Source of the DNA: a virus
Lineage: Duplodnaviria > Caudoviricetes
DNA: 44,260 bases
Reading direction: 5' to 3' (one strand)
Virus record (IMG/VR): IMGVR_UViG_3300025723_000069
Span: 1 to 44,260 of that record
Made by a program: the position numbers and the translations under genes
The notes under the pieces: generated by a model
The model's input: the letters and a program-made list of their open reading frames with translations, nothing else
What the model was told of the DNA's origin: nothing
The model's database searches: none
Part shown: positions 40,901-44,260 of the stretch, one piece after another
Layout: each line of letters opens with the position of its first letter
Numbering within the stretch: position 1 is the stretch's first letter

Positions 40901-43900
40901 AATGCACCAGTTGTTGTCGATGTAGCAATTGTACTACTAGACAATGCCATATTACCGGCAAACACAGTACCTGTGGCATATAAATTATTAACGCCACCGA
41001 TGTTACTGCCACCACCACCACCACTAATTCCAGATACTACAATAGCATTGAATGTACTGGTTCCAAAGACATTTAAATTACCGCCAATACCAACACCGCC
41101 ATTGACTACCAATGCACCTGTAGTTGTTGAATTTGATTGTAGATTTGAATTAATTGTATTGGTGCTACTGCTGAATGTTGCTACCAATGTTCCAGCTGGT
41201 CCACCAGTGTATAATGAAAGTTGATCATCTGCACCAACACTAATTCTACCATTTCCAGTGGCATAATCAACAATAATACCATCACTGTATGATCCAGTAA
41301 ATGTATTGATTGAGTAGAAACCATTATTTGCAGTGATATAACTACCGGCGTTGATATTACCACTTATTCCAACACCGCCTGCAACTATTAATGCACCTGA
41401 TGTAGCATTGGTACTGGTTGTTGAACTAACTAGGATGATATTACCAGTTTTGAATGTTCCGTATCCAGCACCAGCAAATGTACCAGTACTTGATTCAGCA
41501 CCAGTATTATACCATTCCAAATATTGACTATCATCTGCTAATACCAGTGCGGCATTACTATCAGTACTGGCTGTTCGATTAAAATAATGGAAACGGAGTC
41601 CAATATCTTTACCGTCATCAACTGTCCACTGTCCGTATACTCCGCCCGGAGGAGTATGAACTTCAATAATATTATCTGTATAGAACGTATTGGTACTCAA
41701 TACATAAGTAGCACTACCACTAAATGTTACTGGTCCTGCAAATGTTGTTGCACCAGCTACAGATAAGTACCCTCCTACGTTTACATTACCACCTACACCA
41801 ATACCTCCAGCAACTACAACAGCACCTGTAGTAGTACTAACACTTTGAGTTGTATTGGTTACATTAACTGTACTGGTAGTAGTTCCAGAGAAACTACCAG
41901 TTTGACCTTGTAAGCCTTGTAATCCCTGTAGGCCTTGAACGCCTTGGTTACCTTGCAGGCCTTGTGTTCCTTGAATACTAACACCTTGAACACCCTGTAA
42001 GCCTTGTACACCTTGGTTGCCTTGAAGTCCTTGAGCGCCTTGTGTTCCCTGTAAGCCCTGTACGCCTTGGTTGCCTTGTAAGCCCTGTGTTCCTTGTGTT
42101 CCCTGTAAGCCCTGTACGCCTTGGTTACCTTGAAGTCCTTGAGCTCCCTGTGTTCCTTGTAAGCCCTGGACGCCTTGGTTACCTTGAAGTCCTTGAGCTC
42201 CCTGTGTTCCTTGTAGTCCTTGTGTTCCCTGAGTACCTTGTAAGCCTTGTACGCCTTGGGCTCCTTGTAAGCCCTGAACACCTTGGTTGCCCTGCAATCC
42301 CTGAGTACCTTGGTTGCCCTGCAATCCCTGTACTCCTTGAGCTCCTTGTAAGCCCTGAACACCTTGGTTGCCCTGCAAGCCCTGCAAGCCCTGAGTACCT
42401 TGTGGGCCTAAGCTAGCATAAACACCAATCGTAGAAGTAGTTAGAATAACTGAACCGGCAATATAACTAGTTGTGTTGACATACAATGCCCCACCAATAC
42501 CAACACCACCTCCAACAACTAATGCACCTGTAGTAGTTGATATTGCGGCAGCGGTACTTGTAGCAGTAAATGTACCTCCAGTAATTTGTCCAGAAGCAGT
42601 TAAATTAGTAACACCACTAATGTTACCTCCAGAATTGGTTTCATTACCTGCAACTGTAAATGTTCCGCCAACACTTAAATTACCGCCAATACCAACACCA
42701 CCAGCAACAGTCAATGCACCTGTAGTTGTACTCAAACTTTGTGTTGTGTTAGTGATTGTAAAGATGTCTGGTGATGTAACTAACGTTTGAGTAACTGTTG
42801 TATAACTTACTGTTAATGTAGCCGCAGTAATATTACCACCAACATATAAATCGCCGCCAATACCAACACCACCTCCAACAGTTAGTGCACCTGTATTTGT
42901 ACTAGATGTTGCTGTAAAATTAGCAATATTAACGGTAGCGGTAGTAGTTCCAGAGAAGAATCCAGTGTGACCTTGGAGGCCCTGGACGCCTTGCAGGCCT
43001 TGAACTCCTTGATTTCCCTGTAGACCTTGTGTTCCTTGTATCGCTACACCTTGGACACCTTGATTTCCCTGTAAGCCCTGGACGCCTTGGTTACCCTGAA
43101 GTCCTTGGACACCTTGATTTCCCTGTAAGCCCTGGACGCCTTGGTTACCCTGAAGTCCTTGAGCTCCCTGTGTTCCTTGTAAACCTTGGAGTCCTTGAGC
43201 TCCCTGTGTTCCTTGTAAGCCCTGTACTCCCTGAGCACCTTGAGTTCCTTGATTACCTTGGAGTCCTTGAGCTCCCTGTGTTCCTTGTAATCCTTGAAGT
43301 CCTTGTGCCCCTTGAAGTCCTTGAGCTCCCTGTGTTCCTTGTAAGCCCTGGACGCCTTGGTTACCTTGAAGTCCTTGAGCTCCCTGTGTTCCTTGTAAGC
43401 CCTGGACGCCTTGGTTGCCCTGCAATCCCTGAGTACCTTGGTTGCCCTGCAATCCCTGTACGCCTTGGGCTCCCTGTAGTCCTTGAACTCCCTGATTGCC
43501 CTGCAATCCCTGTAGGCCTTGAATACCTTGTGGCCCTAAACTAGCATAAACACCAATTGTAGCAGTAGTTAAGATTACCGCGCCTGCAACATAACTGGTT
43601 GTATTAGCATACAATGCTCCGCCAATTCCAACACCACCTGCAACAACCAATGCTCCTGTTGTAGTCGATGTTGCGGCAGTAGAACTGGTGATACTTATAT
43701 TACCAGCAATTACAGTTCCTGTAGCATAGATATTGTTAACGCCAGAGATGTTATTATTGCTAGATCCTGTAACAACTAATGACTGGAATGTACCAGTACC
43801 AGCAACATTTAAATTGCCACCTACTCCAACACCTCCGGATACTACCAATGCACCAGATGAAGTACTTAAACTTTGTGTAGTGTTGGTAATTGTAAATATA

Positions 43901-44260
43901 TCTGGTGATGTAATCAGCGTTTGTGTAACTGTTGTATAACTAACCGTCAAAGTAGCCGCAGTAATATTACCGCCAACAAACAAATCACCACCAATTCCAA
44001 CTCCACCACTAACAGTTAATGCACCAGAACTAGTTGATGTAGCACTAGTGAAATTATTGATATTAACGGTAGCAGTAGTAGTTCCAGAGAAGAATCCAGT
44101 TTGACCTTGTAAGCCCTGAACGCCTTGCAGGCCTTGAACGCCTTGATTGCCCTGTAATCCTTGAGTACCTTGTATTGCTACACCCTGGACACCTTGAAGT
44201 CCTTGTAAGCCCTGAACGCCTTGATTGCCTTGTAATCCTTGAGTGCCTTGATTGCCCTGG
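37921..44260 (-). CDS. Second giant collagen-containing fibre protein, start beyond the right window edge
   Basis: The frame is open from 44259 (QGNQGTQ...), so the track's TTG start at 43983 is internal. It has the same modules as 23140..36891 and a C-terminal domain ending YTVLASLAQF. Confidence 0.9.
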   Translation of the reverse strand, partial: QGNQGTQGLQGNQGVQGLQGLQGVQGVAIQGTQGLQGNQGVQGLQGVQGLQGQTGFFSGTTTATVNINNFTSATSTSSGALTVSGGVGIGGDLFVGGNITAATLTVSYTTVTQTLITSPDIFTITNTTQSLSTSSGALVVSGGVGVGGNLNVAGTGTFQSLVVTGSSNNNISGVNNIYATGTVIAGNISITSSTAATSTTTGALVVAGGVGIGGALYANTTSYVAGAVILTTATIGVYASLGPQGIQGLQGLQGNQGVQGLQGAQGVQGLQGNQGTQGLQGNQGVQGLQGTQGAQGLQGNQGVQGLQGTQGAQGLQGAQGLQGLQGTQGAQGLQGNQGTQGAQGVQGLQGTQGAQGLQGLQGTQGAQGLQGNQGVQGLQGNQGVQGLQGNQGVQGLQGNQGVQGVAIQGTQGLQGNQGVQGLQGVQGLQGHTGFFSGTTTATVNIANFTATSSTNTGALTVGGGVGIGGDLYVGGNITAATLTVSYTTVTQTLVTSPDIFTITNTTQSLSTTTGALTVAGGVGIGGNLSVGGTFTVAGNETNSGGNISGVTNLTASGQITGGTFTATSTAAAISTTTGALVVGGGVGIGGALYVNTTSYIAGSVILTTSTIGVYASLGPQGTQGLQGLQGNQGVQGLQGAQGVQGLQGNQGTQGLQGNQGVQGLQGAQGVQGLQGTQGTQGLQGTQGAQGLQGNQGVQGLQGTQGAQGLQGNQGVQGLQGTQGTQGLQGNQGVQGLQGTQGAQGLQGNQGVQGLQGVQGVSIQGTQGLQGNQGVQGLQGLQGLQGQTGSFSGTTTSTVNVTNTTQSVSTTTGAVVVAGGIGVGGNVNVGGYLSVAGATTFAGPVTFSGSATYVLSTNTFYTDNIIEVHTPPGGVYGQWTVDDGKDIGLRFHYFNRTASTDSNAALVLADDSQYLEWYNTGAESSTGTFAGAGYGTFKTGNIILVSSTTSTNATSGALIVAGGVGISGNINAGSYITANNGFYSINTFTGSYSDGIIVDYATGNGRISVGADDQLSLYTGGPAGTLVATFSSSTNTINSNLQSNSTTTGALVVNGGVGIGGNLNVFGTSTFNAIVVSGISGGGGGSNIGGVNNLYATGTVFAGNMALSSSTIATSTTTGALTVAGGVGIGGALYVNTTSYVAGAVILTTATIGVYASLGPQGIQGLQGLQGVQGTQGLQGAQGLQGVQGLQGTQGLQGNQGVQGLQGTQGTQGLQGNQGVQGLQGVQGVQGVSIQGTQGLQGNQGVQGLQGVQGLQGQTGVFSGTTTATVNINNFTGSASTSSGALTVSGGVGIGGGLVVGGVITATSIVLTSSETDQGTLAVQSGTGTASTNTGALTVTGGVGVGGGLYVGGAITATSLTLLSGGGFDSGNLVISNGTISTSTNSGALQVVGGVGIGGAINVGGYVTANNGFYSINTFTGTYSDGIIVDYATGRGRVSVGPDDQLSFYSGGPAGTLLATFSTGTTSIVSGAQSTSTTTGALVVTGGVGIGGNVNIGGLVSINNTLTLGGDLLPTVSDTYSLGSPTKRFKTLYVSSGTLDVGGLLISNTNGYLSAVAIYSTGTTASTSTNSGGLIVAGGAGIGGSLYVGNTSTFQSQVSITSTLASTSTTTGALTIAGGLGVAGNGNIGGTLNVGNSSTFVGQLSINSTIAASSTTTGGLVVAGGAGVGGQLYAGSTLTAGANNANYVQLIGAGTGGNGVIRAGGESTTGLIIGGGGSGNITFNGSTSATPGVATNFQVLNTQQAGNTNYITVAGAASGSGAILGSTGTDASVNIVVTPKGSGSVVVTSAVAATSTNTGALRITGGVGIGGDLVVGGNITAATLTVSYTTVTQTLVTSPDIFTITNTTQSLGTGTGALTVAGGVGIGGNLNIGGTIVGGGVRSSSTSTAPANATVGDIWYDTLTDDIYRYTSDGTNSYWLDITGPTIANAGGGGASFTGGTVSNAVNITSATASTSTNTGALTVTGGAGIGGNLSVGGTLAISNIYETVNVIAGAVNSTPTAYFTPGAVTYYTSNAGANWTQNLTYSSGVTLNSVLAVGQSASIAILAKQGSPAYYMNGTLTIDGSSSNVTVYWQGGSAPSSGYINGIDSYTYTIIKTAATPAYTVLASLAQF
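40486..44260 (-). repeat. Four collagen-like (Gly-X-Gln)n blocks: 40486-40788, 41899-42408, 42964-43536, 44098-44260 (truncated)
   Basis: Same 9-bp periodicity, with many exact internal duplications. Confidence 0.95.

Noticed and set aside
23900-43939. Many long plus-strand ORFs rich in PPIPTPP and alternative-frame ORFs rich in YKV/LEHL
   Set aside because: Shadows of the repetitive Gly/Thr and GXQ coding frame on the minus strand; they track the repeat boundaries and lack independent signals.
43981-43983. Track start of the 2020-aa ORF
   Set aside because: Internal TTG; the frame remains open to the window end.
14503-44260. Diversity-generating retroelement or invertase shufflon acting on fibre tips
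   Set aside because: No reverse transcriptase, recombinase or inverted tip cassettes, and I saw no template/variable pair differing only at adenines in this window.
1-44260. Stop-codon recoding, tRNA or rRNA genes
   Set aside because: Genes are full length and tightly packed under the standard code, with TAA, TAG and TGA all used as stops; intergenic gaps are under 100 nt and show no cloverleaf.

Overview
This window is part of the virion morphogenesis (late) region of a large T4-related myovirus, probably a jumbo phage; the host cannot be determined from the sequence. The left third carries the terminase large subunit (absent from the ORF track because it runs off the left edge), interrupted in Walker A by a 326-aa Ala1/WCT class 3 intein with a LAGLIDADG endonuclease. 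It also carries a probable small terminase, gp4 head-completion nuclease, tube and tube-like genes, an enlarged 974-aa sheath, a degenerate HNH protein, dNMP kinase, gp13/gp14/gp15-like neck genes and a Nudix hydrolase. The right two thirds (about 14.3-44.3 kb) is a fibre locus with two giant proteins (4583 aa and >2100 aa). They alternate almost proline-free Gly-X-Gln collagen blocks with Thr/Gly-rich repeats and share modules with smaller fibres; each fibre gene is followed by a putative tip or partner gene, and an inverted 2OG-Fe(II) oxygenase cassette sits inside the locus. Eight genes have a TAAATA/TAAGTA late-promoter motif only 5-8 nt before the ATG with no Shine-Dalgarno (probable leaderless mRNAs), and the gp14-like gene appears to start at ATC. 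All product calls come from motif recognition, not database searches.
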